Of a stretch of DNA of 64,000 bases, positions 49,349 to 59,200 are shown piece by piece. Made by a program: the position numbers and the translations under genes. Under the pieces are notes generated by a model, which worked only from the letters and a program-made list of their open reading frames with translations, did not search any database and was not told the DNA's origin. The number at the start of each line of letters is the position of its first letter. Positions within the stretch are counted from its first letter, which is position 1. This DNA comes from Patescibacteria group bacterium (GTDB lineage: Bacteria; Patescibacteriota; Microgenomatia; UBA8517), in assembly GCA_025999275.1 (NCBI GenBank), contig AP024680.1, forward strand, positions 244,728 to 308,727, in the 5' to 3' direction.

Positions 49349-49690
49349 ATGAGCAAGGTATTTTACGATCAATTTCTAAATTTGGATAAGATTGAAAAAA
49401 GAATTAAGAAATTAGTTAAGGATAATGATGAGCTCGTTGAGTTTAGTAAAGAGATTGATAAAATTATTCATTATCGTATTTTTGAGTCAATCCTTAAGGT
49501 TTTGCCGAAGGAACATCATCAAGAGTTTGCTCTATTGGTCTCAAAAAACCCAGCAGATGATAAGATAGTGGATTTCTTAAAATCGAAAATAGAGCAGGAT
49601 ATAGTGAAAATTATTAAGGAAACTGTCTTGGTTCTGACTCTTGAGATCACCTCAGTTTTTTCTTCCTTTATATCCAAAAAGAAAATTTGA
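49349..49690 (+). CDS. Small hypothetical protein, possibly the upstream partner of 49687..50004
   Basis: 113 aa, helical and acidic. 4-nt overlap with the next ORF. Confidence 0.3.
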   Translation: MSKVFYDQFLNLDKIEKRIKKLVKDNDELVEFSKEIDKIIHYRIFESILKVLPKEHHQEFALLVSKNPADDKIVDFLKSKIEQDIVKIIKETVLVLTLEITSVFSSFISKKKI

Positions 49691-50004
49691 AGATGAGAAA
49701 AGAACCTTTTAATTTTAAGGGGCTTTATTTTACCAAACATGCTTTGGAAAGATTAAATGAGCGTGGTTTTAAACTTTCTGATGTTTGGGCAGTTTGGCAT
49801 AATCCACAGAGTAGTCGTTATGCAGCCTCAAAGGGAGCCTATATCTATTGGAGAAAGTTTGGAAATATAAAAGTAGAGGTTGTTGCAAAGAAGGATGAAA
49901 GGGGAAGATGGATTGTAATTTCTCTTTGGGCAAAGCAAATTTATCATTCTGAAAAAGTTTCATTTTTATCTTTAGTTTTAGATAAAATTAAAAGCTTTTT
50001 TTAA
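49687..50004 (+). CDS. DUF4258-like small protein (RelE-fold toxin-like)
   Basis: FTKHALERLNERGF resembles the signature of DUF4258 proteins. Translationally coupled to the preceding small ORF. Confidence 0.35.
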   Translation: MKMRKEPFNFKGLYFTKHALERLNERGFKLSDVWAVWHNPQSSRYAASKGAYIYWRKFGNIKVEVVAKKDERGRWIVISLWAKQIYHSEKVSFLSLVLDKIKSFF

Positions 50005-50039
50005 TTTATTTTTAGGTGTAAAATGCTCAAAAACTAAAC

Positions 50040-51620
50040 ATGACTGATCAGATAAATTTAAGGACAAAAGAGTTTCAAAGAGAGATTTCTTTGGCATTTA
50101 AGCTAAAAGCTTCTCAAAGCAAGGTCGAAGAACCTCTAACTACCACTAAAACTGCTTCTACCCTGGCTGTAATTTACGAATCGGCAAGGAATGCGGTTGA
50201 GTTTAGAGCAGATCATCTTATTAGACAGGCTGCCATCGAAAGAATTTTAAAAAGACGTCTTTTTTTAAACCAGAAAAGCAAAAAACTTTCAGAACTTTTG
50301 ATTAAAGAGCTTCTTTGGGCCAGATATTTAAAACCAGAATCTATTCCTTCTTCAAAGGTAGATGAGGTTTCAAAAATAATTGATAAGTACAGATTTTTGC
50401 TTTCTTATGTTGGAGTAAACGGCTCTGGCAAAGATGATTTGGCGAAGAGAATTTTAGAAATTGCGTCTTGTGAGATAGAGGAAAGATTGGTTTTTGACCC
50501 TTTGTCGCAGGTTATTATCAACTATGTTTTCGAGACATTTTTGGAAAGATTTGATTTTGAAGAGAGAAACCCTAAAGTTAAATCTATTCAAATTTATATT
50601 GCTGTTGAAAAGGGGTTTGGTAAAAACAATGACGGCTTGATTTCTTATAAACTACTTAAAACGCTTATTCCTTCTTGGTTTTCTGATGATGTTGAAGTTG
50701 AAAGATTAAGGGGCGAATTTTTAGAAAATCTTGAGTTTGTCAAACTTCAACTTGATTATCCTTTGGGCGCTGCTTTGAGAAAAGAGGTTATAAGGTTATC
50801 TGCACCATTTAATCTTCTACGAGAGATGATAGATACATATCAGGAGGATTTTATAGATTTGATTTCTGATAAAAAAGTTTTGAATTCAGCAATAGAATCG
50901 GTGCTGAACGGTCTTTACCAAGAAACAAGGGATAAACTTTCTCGAGCTTCTGTTAGAAGCATAATTTATATTTTTTTGACTAAAATGATAATAGGTATTT
51001 TGCTTGAGTTGCCTGTTGATCTGTTATTGGGAAGGCTGAACCTTTTAGCTTTGGGAATAAATTTGGGTTTTCCACCTCTTTTGATGTTCCTTTTGAATTT
51101 AGACATTAATATTCCTGGGAATAAAAATACAGAAATGATAGTAGAGGCTATTGATGATTATTTTTATTCTCAAGATAAACCTGAGGTAAAGTTTTTATCT
51201 TCTGGTGACAAAAAACAAAAGGTGCAAAGAATATTTTGGTTTTTCTATTTGTTTATGTTTGTTGTTACTTTTGGAGGTGTAATTTGGCTTTTGACCAAGC
51301 TTGGCTTTAATCCAGTGAGCCAATTAATCTTTATTTTCTTTTTGTCGGTTGTCTCATTTTTTGCTTATCGTGTGAGAGGAATTGCTAAAGAATTTAGTCT
51401 TGAAGCGGCTGATACAGAATCTTTAATTTCCTCTTTTAAGGATTTTTTGTTTTTACCTATTATCAAAGTTGGGCAGTGGTTATCAGCCAAAATCGCAAGT
51501 TTCAACCTTTTGAGTTTTGTTTTGGATTTTATCATCGAGGCGCCTTTGAAAGTATTCCTTGAGGTTATTGAGGAGTGGATTCACTTTATTAAAGCAAAGA
51601 AAGAGGAGATAGTTTCTTAA
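50040..51620 (+). CDS. Large hypothetical membrane protein
   Basis: 526 aa with a cytoplasmic N-terminal half and several C-terminal TM helices. No family. Confidence 0.4.
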   Translation: MTDQINLRTKEFQREISLAFKLKASQSKVEEPLTTTKTASTLAVIYESARNAVEFRADHLIRQAAIERILKRRLFLNQKSKKLSELLIKELLWARYLKPESIPSSKVDEVSKIIDKYRFLLSYVGVNGSGKDDLAKRILEIASCEIEERLVFDPLSQVIINYVFETFLERFDFEERNPKVKSIQIYIAVEKGFGKNNDGLISYKLLKTLIPSWFSDDVEVERLRGEFLENLEFVKLQLDYPLGAALRKEVIRLSAPFNLLREMIDTYQEDFIDLISDKKVLNSAIESVLNGLYQETRDKLSRASVRSIIYIFLTKMIIGILLELPVDLLLGRLNLLALGINLGFPPLLMFLLNLDINIPGNKNTEMIVEAIDDYFYSQDKPEVKFLSSGDKKQKVQRIFWFFYLFMFVVTFGGVIWLLTKLGFNPVSQLIFIFFLSVVSFFAYRVRGIAKEFSLEAADTESLISSFKDFLFLPIIKVGQWLSAKIASFNLLSFVLDFIIEAPLKVFLEVIEEWIHFIKAKKEEIVS

Positions 51621-51627
51621 TTTTTGA

Positions 51628-52194
51628 ATGTATAAAGTTAATAAAATTTTGATAGTTGATCTTGACGATACTCTGATCTATACATCTCCTTTTAAGAAAA
51701 AATTGTTTTTGAAATTGTCTCAAGAATCTGGCCTTTCTTATTCTAGAATTAAGGGAATTTATTCTATTTGTAAAGAGAAGGATTACAAGGATCTTTATTA
51801 TAGGTTTAGTCGATCTATTTATGATGTTTCAAAAATGGATTCTAAAAAGTTTGGGGATATATTATTTTCAGAAATTAGAAAATTAAGAATTAAAAGGAAA
51901 GTTTTGAATTATGTTAGGAATTTTAAAGGTTATAGGTTGCTTCTGACATTGGGGGATAGAAAAATTCAAAAAGCAAAAATAGACTATCTTGAAGATAAAA
52001 TTAAACTTTATGGATTGTTTGATAAAGTCAAAATTATTTCCACTGATAAATTTAGTTATCTCAAATCATTATTAAAAGGTAGAAGCCTTTGGTTTGAGGA
52101 GAAAAAATTTAATAAAGTTTTTATTTTGGATGATAGGGGCAGTGTGTTTGAAGGGTTAAGAAAATTTTCTTGGATAAAGATTCTTAATCCTTAA
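51628..52194 (+). CDS. HAD superfamily hydrolase-like protein
   Basis: HAD motif I ILIVDLDDTLIY near the N-terminus. Confidence 0.45.
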   Translation: MYKVNKILIVDLDDTLIYTSPFKKKLFLKLSQESGLSYSRIKGIYSICKEKDYKDLYYRFSRSIYDVSKMDSKKFGDILFSEIRKLRIKRKVLNYVRNFKGYRLLLTLGDRKIQKAKIDYLEDKIKLYGLFDKVKIISTDKFSYLKSLLKGRSLWFEEKKFNKVFILDDRGSVFEGLRKFSWIKILNP

Positions 52195-52297
52195 TAAGAT
52201 TTGGGTGTAAATCTTTACTGCTACTTATTTTAATTTTGGCCTTATTTTGTGGTAAAATTTAATAGATTAGTCAATACAGGTTCTTTGTAATTGCTCT

Positions 52298-52368
52298 TAT
52301 TATTCGGTCGTCTGTGCGAAGCAAGAGGAGTGATAGCGACGACATGGTAGGATTCTGCGAAGCAGAAT
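52298..52368 (+). other. tRNA-Gln 5'-half-like pseudo-element with a hairpin insertion
   Basis: ttattcggtcgtct...atggtaggat parallels the tRNA-Gln acceptor/D-arm tgcccggtcgtctaatggtaggac. A 30-nt gtcgtc...gacgac hairpin is inserted in the D-loop position. No T-arm. Confidence 0.3.
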
Positions 52369-52417
52369 AAGGACATTAAAAATAATAATAGACTCGGATT
52401 TTTTGGTTAGTTTTTAT

Positions 52418-52488
52418 TGCCCGGTCGTCTAATGGTAGGACACAGCGCTCTGGACGCTGGAATCGGGGTTCGAATCCCTGCTGGGCAG
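52418..52488 (+). tRNA. tRNA-Gln (anticodon CTG). CCA not encoded.
   Basis: Manual cloverleaf: acceptor tgcccgg/ctgggca, D-arm gtct-aatggta-ggac, anticodon arm cagcg-CTCTGGA-cgctg, T-arm cgggg-ttcgaat-ccctg. Confidence 0.85.
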
Positions 52489-52590
52489 CAAATTCTTCGC
52501 CAAGCCTCCAGGATTGTATGCGGCTCTGAAATCAAAATGGTTGTTAGTAGTTTGTAGTGGACTGAACCTATCTCACTATTATGATATCCA

Positions 52591-52627
52591 TTGTTGGAAG
52601 TTAATCAACTCCCGGAGTTGTAATGTT
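52591..52627 (+). repeat. Left copy of a ~37-bp direct repeat (35/37 identical to 60914..60950)
   Basis: ttgttggaagTtaatcaactcccggagttgTaatgtt. Contains the internal palindrome caactcc-c-ggagttg. Lies 103 nt downstream of tRNA-Gln. Confidence 0.6.
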
Positions 52628-52930
52628 GGAATGTTGGGATTATGATTCTTGGGGTTTAGTCCTTGAAGATTCTAACTCTATCGCAAAAACTCCTAACTTT
52701 TCCTTAAATGGCGGGTATAAACTTTTTAAAACTCTAAGAATTTGGTCTTTGGACATTCCTGGCACGATTCTTTCAGCTTCCTCATGCTCCAATATTCTTC
52801 ATGCTCATTGTTCAAAAGAAATCTCATTCCATGTTTTAACTTTTGGATGTCTCTATACCTAACCAAGACTTTTCGATTACTTTTATCCAAAAAACCAGAT
52901 GAAATATATTTAGAATCTATTTTGCCCTGT

Positions 52931-53965
52931 TTAGTTATCGATTAATTCCTCAATTTTATCTTTATTTTCTAGAACCCATTCGATAAGTTTCTCTAATCCA
53001 AAATTAATATCAGTTTTTGGTCTCCAGCCTAACTGATCTATGAGTTTTCTATTATTACTCACAAAAATTTTTTGATCTCCTGGTCTCCAGTCATCGTAAG
53101 AAATTTCAATTTTCTTTTTAAGTTTTTTCTCTAATAATGAAAGCGTCTCAATTATTGAAATCGAATTGCTTGGTCCACCACCAATATTAAAGATCTCTCC
53201 CTTCGTTTTCTCAATACTTCTTGTTGCTAAGTCCCAAGCTGAGAATAAATCATCTATATATAAAACGTCTCTTGTTTGTTTACCATTCCCGAAAATAGTA
53301 ATTTTTCTGTTTAATAAGAGGGCAATTACAAACCAAGCAACCCAGCCTTGGTCTTCAACACCGAATTGGTGTGGACCGTATATACAAGACTGGCGAAAAA
53401 CAACTGTAGAGAGGCCGTAGATTCTTGAATAGTCTCGCACATATTGGTCGGCAGCCCCTTTTGAACAACCATAAGGGGAATATAAATCAAGCGGATTCGA
53501 TTCTGAAATCCCGTTTATGTTGCTATACAAATATCGTGTTTTACTCTCTGTAATAGGTATGTTTTGCATATTTCCATAGACCTTGTTTGTTGATGAATAG
53601 ACCAATATTGCCTTAGGGTTTTTCTTTCTTATAGCTTCCAGTAGGTTGAACGTACCAACGGCATTAATTTCGAAGTCTTCTCGAGGATTTTGGACAGAAG
53701 TGGTAACGGCAGTTTGCGCAGCCAAATGATAAATTATGTCTGCCTGAACAACTTGTTCCTCTAGTTTTTGTGTATCAAAGCGGATATCCGCTTTGATAAC
53801 TGTCAACTTGTTTTTACCATACCTCCTAAGAAGCCATTGTGCATTTAAACTAGACCCTTTCTTAGAAAAATTATCTAAGATAATAACTTTATCGCCTCTC
53901 GACAATAAATTATTGGAAAAATTAGTTCCTATAAAACCTGCACCACCTGTAATCAAGTATTTCAT
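52931..53965 (-). CDS. NAD-dependent sugar epimerase/dehydratase (SDR extended family)
   Basis: MKYLITGGAGFIGTNF Rossmann entry and catalytic YSPYGCSKGAADQY (YxxxK). Start set at MKYL. Confidence 0.8.
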   Translation of the reverse strand: MKYLITGGAGFIGTNFSNNLLSRGDKVIILDNFSKKGSSLNAQWLLRRYGKNKLTVIKADIRFDTQKLEEQVVQADIIYHLAAQTAVTTSVQNPREDFEINAVGTFNLLEAIRKKNPKAILVYSSTNKVYGNMQNIPITESKTRYLYSNINGISESNPLDLYSPYGCSKGAADQYVRDYSRIYGLSTVVFRQSCIYGPHQFGVEDQGWVAWFVIALLLNRKITIFGNGKQTRDVLYIDDLFSAWDLATRSIEKTKGEIFNIGGGPSNSISIIETLSLLEKKLKKKIEISYDDWRPGDQKIFVSNNRKLIDQLGWRPKTDINFGLEKLIEWVLENKDKIEELIDN

Positions 53966-54025
53966 GGTTAATACTGACAATTATATCACTAATTCGCTAT
54001 AATTTGTTGTGTGGAATAAAAATTT

Positions 54026-55186
54026 ATGAAAAAACGGAGATGCCTTGTTATTAGCAGTCCTTATTCTTGGGGAGGAGGAATAAAAACAATGGTAGATGAA
54101 GGTTTAAAGATATTAGAATCTTTAGGATATAAAACTACTTTAGTAATGCCTTCCTATACTAAAGAAAGTAGGAACAATGAAATAAAAGCTAAAAAGATTT
54201 CCACACCATGGTTTATAAATTTCGATAAATACCCCCTACTACATCACATTGTGTTTGGATTAAAGTTAAAAAATCTTCGGCAAAGATATGATATTGCCCT
54301 AGCTATAGTAGCCACTTCTCACACTGCACTACCTCTTGCATTAAGTGGAAAGCGCTTCGGTATTTGGGTAGCTACTAACTATGCGGATGAGCTAGAAGCA
54401 AAATTTAATTCTAACTTAGGAGATGAGCCAGCTAAAAGATTAAAAAACAGTATTCAGTGGCAATTTCTTGAAAAGATAGAAAAATATGTCCTAAGAAAAG
54501 CCACTAGTATTCTAGCTCTAAGTGATTATACCGCGTCTAGACTTCTTAGACTTGAACCACGTATCAAATCAAAACTAAGTGTTTTTCACCCACCAATTAA
54601 TACCGATTTGTTTTCCCCAGGAATATCAACTAAAAAGGTTAATGGATTAATAGTTAATACTGGAAGGATAAATGACCCGAGAAAAAATACACATTTACTA
54701 ATTAAATCATTCGCAAGAATCTTAAAAAGTTTTCCACAAGCTAGACTACTATTGGTTGGAGATAAAGCAGATGGCCATTTAATTAAGCTTATAGAGTCAC
54801 TGGGGTTAAAAAACTTCGTTGAAATTATTCCAGAAAAGCCACGGGAGGAGATAACAAGCTATTTAAGAAGGGCAGAAGTTTTCGTGGCCACACCGGTGCA
54901 GGAGGGATTAGGGATTTCAATTTTGGAAGCGATGAGCTGTGGTTTGCCAGTCGTAATAACTCGTTGTGGAGGACCAGAAACTATAATTAAAAGAAGCGGA
55001 GGGGGTATTATTACTAATAATAACGAAAAGGATTTTTCAGAAGCAGTCATTAACCTATTGTTAAATAAGCCCCTTCGCATAAAGATGGGATTTAAAGGAA
55101 GAAAATATATCAGAAACAACTTATCTTTTACTTCACAAAGAAAAAGATTAGCACTGGAACTTAATAAACAGTATGCAAAACAATAG
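54026..55186 (+). CDS. Glycosyltransferase family 4 (GT-B, group 1)
   Basis: EGLGISILEAMSCGLPVVITRCGGPETII, the GT4 E-x7-E region. Confidence 0.75.
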   Translation: MKKRRCLVISSPYSWGGGIKTMVDEGLKILESLGYKTTLVMPSYTKESRNNEIKAKKISTPWFINFDKYPLLHHIVFGLKLKNLRQRYDIALAIVATSHTALPLALSGKRFGIWVATNYADELEAKFNSNLGDEPAKRLKNSIQWQFLEKIEKYVLRKATSILALSDYTASRLLRLEPRIKSKLSVFHPPINTDLFSPGISTKKVNGLIVNTGRINDPRKNTHLLIKSFARILKSFPQARLLLVGDKADGHLIKLIESLGLKNFVEIIPEKPREEITSYLRRAEVFVATPVQEGLGISILEAMSCGLPVVITRCGGPETIIKRSGGGIITNNNEKDFSEAVINLLLNKPLRIKMGFKGRKYIRNNLSFTSQRKRLALELNKQYAKQ

Positions 55187-55820
55187 GAAAATTTACTTAA
55201 TCGATCTCGATAACTGTCTGTATAAAATCAAGGACGTTCCGGGCTTAGTAAATACTTTCGAAACCAGAATTACTGCCTGGCTTGCTAATAAACTTGGGTG
55301 TAGCATTAATAATGCTGAAAAAGAAAAAGTTAAACTATATAAGAAGTTTGGAGGAGCGCCACGTTGCCTCGTAAGGGCATCAATTATTAAAAACAAGAAT
55401 GAGTTGATAAACTGCGTTGATTTTATCCACGATTTCAACGTTAGTGCTTGTGGAATAGATAAAAACTTGAATCTAAAACAAAAACTCAGTGAATTAGATG
55501 AAGAGTTATACCTTTTCACAAGTTCTTATGTAAAATACGCAAAACAAATGCTTGTGGCCTTGGGCGTGTTAGATCTATTTTCTGACATCATAGATATTTC
55601 GAAAGTCGAATACTCATTTAAGGACGAAACAATTACTTACACAAAAATATTTAGTTTGCTGAGCATATCTCCCAATAAGATTACCATGGTAGATGATTCT
55701 TTAGAAAATCTATTAGTTGCGAGTAGAATGGGTATTAAAAAATGTGTTTGGGTTAATCATGGGGAAACAAAACAACGTGCCGATTTTGTGAGGTCTATTA
55801 CCAGTATTATGGATTTATAG
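55173..55820 (+). CDS. HAD family hydrolase (pyrimidine 5'-nucleotidase-like)
   Basis: HAD motif I IYLIDLDNCLY. C-terminal TMVDDSLENL/GIK fit motifs III/IV. Confidence 0.5.
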   Translation: MQNNRKIYLIDLDNCLYKIKDVPGLVNTFETRITAWLANKLGCSINNAEKEKVKLYKKFGGAPRCLVRASIIKNKNELINCVDFIHDFNVSACGIDKNLNLKQKLSELDEELYLFTSSYVKYAKQMLVALGVLDLFSDIIDISKVEYSFKDETITYTKIFSLLSISPNKITMVDDSLENLLVASRMGIKKCVWVNHGETKQRADFVRSITSIMDL

Positions 55821-55824
55821 AAAA

Positions 55825-56364
55825 CTAAGTTTGGGGATAGGAACTTTCTGGGTCACCAATATAACCTCTAATAATTACTAAATTCATAAACTTCTTGGTG
55901 TAATAGTGGTGTTCAAATGCTAAGAAATCATATTTGCTCCAAACTGACATGTGAGCTTCTAACTTATGGCCCCTCCATGAATACTGAATATATTTAGAGG
56001 GAAAGACAATTAAAATATAACGACTTCTATACATCAAATAATTAATTAAATCTTCTCCGTCTGATTTCTTTAGATGTTCTAGGCAATCACCAATTATTGC
56101 TATATCAGTTTTAAAATCTGGTTTATTGTCGAAGAAGGTTTCTATCCTAGAACAGTATACCCTGTCATAGATTGAATTCAGTTTAAATTTCTTGATATAA
56201 GAGGCGTTAGCTTCTATGGCCACTACTCTGGATTTGGGCAAAATTTTTTTAATCATCTTGCCATATTTTCCAGCTCCAGCACCAATATCTATATAGTTTC
56301 TAAATTTATGCTCCAGAATAAAATTTTCAACTTGTTTATCAAATGTTGGATCGGAATAGGGCAT
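55825..56364 (-). CDS. Small class I SAM-dependent methyltransferase (FkbM-like)
   Basis: Motif I YIDIGAGAGKYG. 179 aa. Confidence 0.5.
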   Translation of the reverse strand: MPYSDPTFDKQVENFILEHKFRNYIDIGAGAGKYGKMIKKILPKSRVVAIEANASYIKKFKLNSIYDRVYCSRIETFFDNKPDFKTDIAIIGDCLEHLKKSDGEDLINYLMYRSRYILIVFPSKYIQYSWRGHKLEAHMSVWSKYDFLAFEHHYYTKKFMNLVIIRGYIGDPESSYPQT

Positions 56365-56365
56365 A

Positions 56366-57115
56366 TCAATCTAAATAATTATCAATCAATGATTTTAAAT
56401 CATTTGGGAAAGGAAATCGATATTTTCTAAGATATTGCTTTGTCACCTTGTCGTTTAAATCTCTCGGTAAAAATCTAAAAGCGTAGTTATTCTGTTTCAA
56501 TCCTTTTATATACTTGAGGTGGTAGTGATATGCTCCATCTAAACACAATGTTTTCGATGTAGGCTTAAGAAAACAATCTGGAACATTTTCATATTCTCCT
56601 TTTTGATACTTCTGAAATCTTGTTAATACTCTAACATGGGGATCTACCATTAATACTCCGTTCCAAACAGCCTCATAAACATGTAAATAGAAATTTTTAT
56701 CAAAAATGTGATTGCAAGTAATAGCAATACTGTTATAAAACGGATCTCTAACAACCTTTTCAATAAATGGTTTAAGATTCCTACTTATAAGTTCGTCTCC
56801 GTCTATAAGCACTAGGGCGTCGAATTTAAAATTCGAAAAAATAAAATCAAGAAAAGTGTTTCGCACTTTCATCTCGTGTTGTAAATCCCTAGAACCATTT
56901 GGAAGATAATTAATCATAGAATGTTGGAAAAGTGGTTCTATTAAAGTAAGTTTGGGAATGTTGTGTCTTCTCGATAAAATTGATAAAATACTCCTAGTTT
57001 TATCAGAACTATGATCATCGTAGATAACTATTTGATTCACCCACGATATTGAAGTAATCATAGATTCTATAAACAATTCTGCATTCTTAATTATTGAGGC
57101 TGCGAGTATTTTCAT
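56366..57115 (-). CDS. Glycosyltransferase family 2
   Basis: N-terminal GT-A fold with IVIYDDHSSDKT (DxD-containing). 2-nt gap to the upstream gene. Confidence 0.65.
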   Translation of the reverse strand: MKILAASIIKNAELFIESMITSISWVNQIVIYDDHSSDKTRSILSILSRRHNIPKLTLIEPLFQHSMINYLPNGSRDLQHEMKVRNTFLDFIFSNFKFDALVLIDGDELISRNLKPFIEKVVRDPFYNSIAITCNHIFDKNFYLHVYEAVWNGVLMVDPHVRVLTRFQKYQKGEYENVPDCFLKPTSKTLCLDGAYHYHLKYIKGLKQNNYAFRFLPRDLNDKVTKQYLRKYRFPFPNDLKSLIDNYLD

Positions 57116-58449
57116 CTTAATAAATTATAAAGATAATCATAATTAGGTAAACTGCCTACAATTGATGGTGAAAGAAGTGATTGATACAAGGTATGATAAT
57201 ATTTGATAATTTTCTCAGGGTCAAAGTTTTTCTGAAAAATTTTCTTACTTTTCACACCCATCTTAATCCTCAGCTCTTTAGATTCTATTAATCTCCCCAA
57301 CAGGTCAGCAGTGGATTCTGTATCTCCCACTTTGACAACATAACCATTTACACCGTTTTTGACTTGGAAAGCAAGCCCCCCTACATTTGTAACCAATACT
57401 GGTTTTTCATGAAACATCGCTTCGGTAATTGCTAAACCAAAACACTCCATTCTCGACAACATAACTACAATATCAGAGCGCCTATATATTTCTGAAAGGT
57501 TCATATAATCAACACTGCCCGCAAAGATAACTCTATTTGTTAAATTGAGGTCTCTAACCAAATTTTGTGCTTCTAAAAGGTAATTCCTTCTTACATTAGA
57601 GATATTATCTGTAAACGATCCGCCACCCACTAAAACTAAGTAAGAGTTCTTGAATTTATTGCTAATTTTTGAAAACCCTTCTATTAGTTGTGTATGACCC
57701 GATTTCGCATCAAAACGCTGGATACAAGTAATTACAATAGATCCTGGTGGAATTTGTTTGAAAACACTAGGAAGCTCTGTTACTCTACTCATAACATTTT
57801 TATCTATCATGGGGGGGAGGACTATTGATTTTTGGGGCTTTAATCCATGTTTTATGGCAATCTCTGAATACTGAGGGATAGAAAAAACCATTTTATCTGC
57901 TTTATTACCATATCTAACAAGCCATTTGGCAACTGTTCTATCTATATTATCGATCAACGGCGCATGCAAGCTAAAAATTGACTTCACTTCTAATGGAATA
58001 TTTGACAATCCAAGCATAACCTGATAATCCTGGAAATGGACGAGATCTATATTGTTGTTAGAGAGGACATCAAGTATGCGTTTTGAGAATAACTCCGAGC
58101 AAAAAACAAAGTCTTTATAGCCAGGAACATCATCAATCGTTTGATACTTAAACTGTCTTATCCCATGCAAGTGCTGGTATATTTCCTCTTTAAAGGCTGC
58201 ATAACCTTGAAATACTTCCTTAGGAATCTCTGATCGAGAGATAATATACTCTTTGATAGGGTAGCCCAAGGCTTCTGAAGCCGATACATTAGTTGACATT
58301 TCAAAATGTATCGCATAAATCTTATAGTTAAGTTGTGACAGATAACGAGAAAGATTAAGGAGCAAAGTTGACACTCCGCCAACCCTAGGATAGAAAGACT
58401 GACTTACAAATAAAATAGATCGCTCTTTATTTCCGTTAAAGATTTTCAT
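57112..58449 (-). CDS. Glycosyltransferase family 4 (GT-B)
   Basis: MECFGLAITEAMFHEKPVLVTNVGG C-terminal signature. 4-nt overlap with the downstream GT2 gene. Confidence 0.7.
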   Translation of the reverse strand: MKIFNGNKERSILFVSQSFYPRVGGVSTLLLNLSRYLSQLNYKIYAIHFEMSTNVSASEALGYPIKEYIISRSEIPKEVFQGYAAFKEEIYQHLHGIRQFKYQTIDDVPGYKDFVFCSELFSKRILDVLSNNNIDLVHFQDYQVMLGLSNIPLEVKSIFSLHAPLIDNIDRTVAKWLVRYGNKADKMVFSIPQYSEIAIKHGLKPQKSIVLPPMIDKNVMSRVTELPSVFKQIPPGSIVITCIQRFDAKSGHTQLIEGFSKISNKFKNSYLVLVGGGSFTDNISNVRRNYLLEAQNLVRDLNLTNRVIFAGSVDYMNLSEIYRRSDIVVMLSRMECFGLAITEAMFHEKPVLVTNVGGLAFQVKNGVNGYVVKVGDTESTADLLGRLIESKELRIKMGVKSKKIFQKNFDPEKIIKYYHTLYQSLLSPSIVGSLPNYDYLYNLLR

Positions 58450-59200
58450 AAGTTTGTTTTGATTTTGTTGTAGGCAAGAGTCTTATTCCGCCATCAACGA
58501 GCTCACTATCAAGATTATCTAGTATTCCACAAGCAACATCTTTTGGATTATCCAAGTCAGACTCGGAAAATTTTTTCACAAGCTCCTTCGCACCAATGGC
58601 GTTTTTGGCAATATTTGTTTTTATGCCAGTTGGACAGACAAGAATAAATTTCACTCCCTGTTCTTCAAACTCTGGTGCTAACGACCTGAATAGTCCAGCC
58701 AAACCCTCTTTTGCAGCTGAATAAACTGAAAATTTCTTGTGTCCGGGTTTTATACCAGCAAGGGATCCTAATTGAACCACATATTTCTTGTCTTTAGCTT
58801 TAATTATCACTGGTAGCATTTTCTTTATTAACATTATGGCACTTGTTAAGTTTACATCGATTACGGTTTTAACTTCCGAGTCATTAAGATAAAGAAAGGG
58901 TTTATACATTGCGACTCCTGCGGTGTTAATGAGTAAATTTAGATTGCCGAGTGCCTTTATAGAAAAGTTCGCTAATTTATCAACTTGACGTGAATTAGTG
59001 ATGTCCGTTTTAATAACAAATAGTTTTGCTCTTTTGCCTGAATATCGATTTTTAATCTTCAAAAGATTACTTATATTTCGACTGGCTGCTACTACTTTAG
59101 CGCCTCTCTTTAACAACTCTCTTACTATTTCCAAACCCAAGCCAGAAGAAGCTCCAACTACTAGACAGTGCATGTTCGTAAAATCAGGTAATTTTTTCAT
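58436..59200 (-). CDS. SDR family oxidoreductase
   Basis: CLVVGASSGLGLEIV (TGxxxGxG) and catalytic YSAAKEG. Start moved to MKKLPDF to avoid overlapping the upstream acetyltransferase. Confidence 0.7.
   Translation of the reverse strand: MKKLPDFTNMHCLVVGASSGLGLEIVRELLKRGAKVVAASRNISNLLKIKNRYSGKRAKLFVIKTDITNSRQVDKLANFSIKALGNLNLLINTAGVAMYKPFLYLNDSEVKTVIDVNLTSAIMLIKKMLPVIIKAKDKKYVVQLGSLAGIKPGHKKFSVYSAAKEGLAGLFRSLAPEFEEQGVKFILVCPTGIKTNIAKNAIGAKELVKKFSESDLDNPKDVACGILDNLDSELVDGGIRLLPTTKSKQTYENL

Noticed and set aside
52623-52945. Two overlapping 79-aa and 67-aa ORFs between tRNA-Gln and the epimerase gene
   Set aside because: No SD, no recognisable domains, and mutually incompatible frames. The region more likely holds promoter/att-like sequence, including the left direct repeat.
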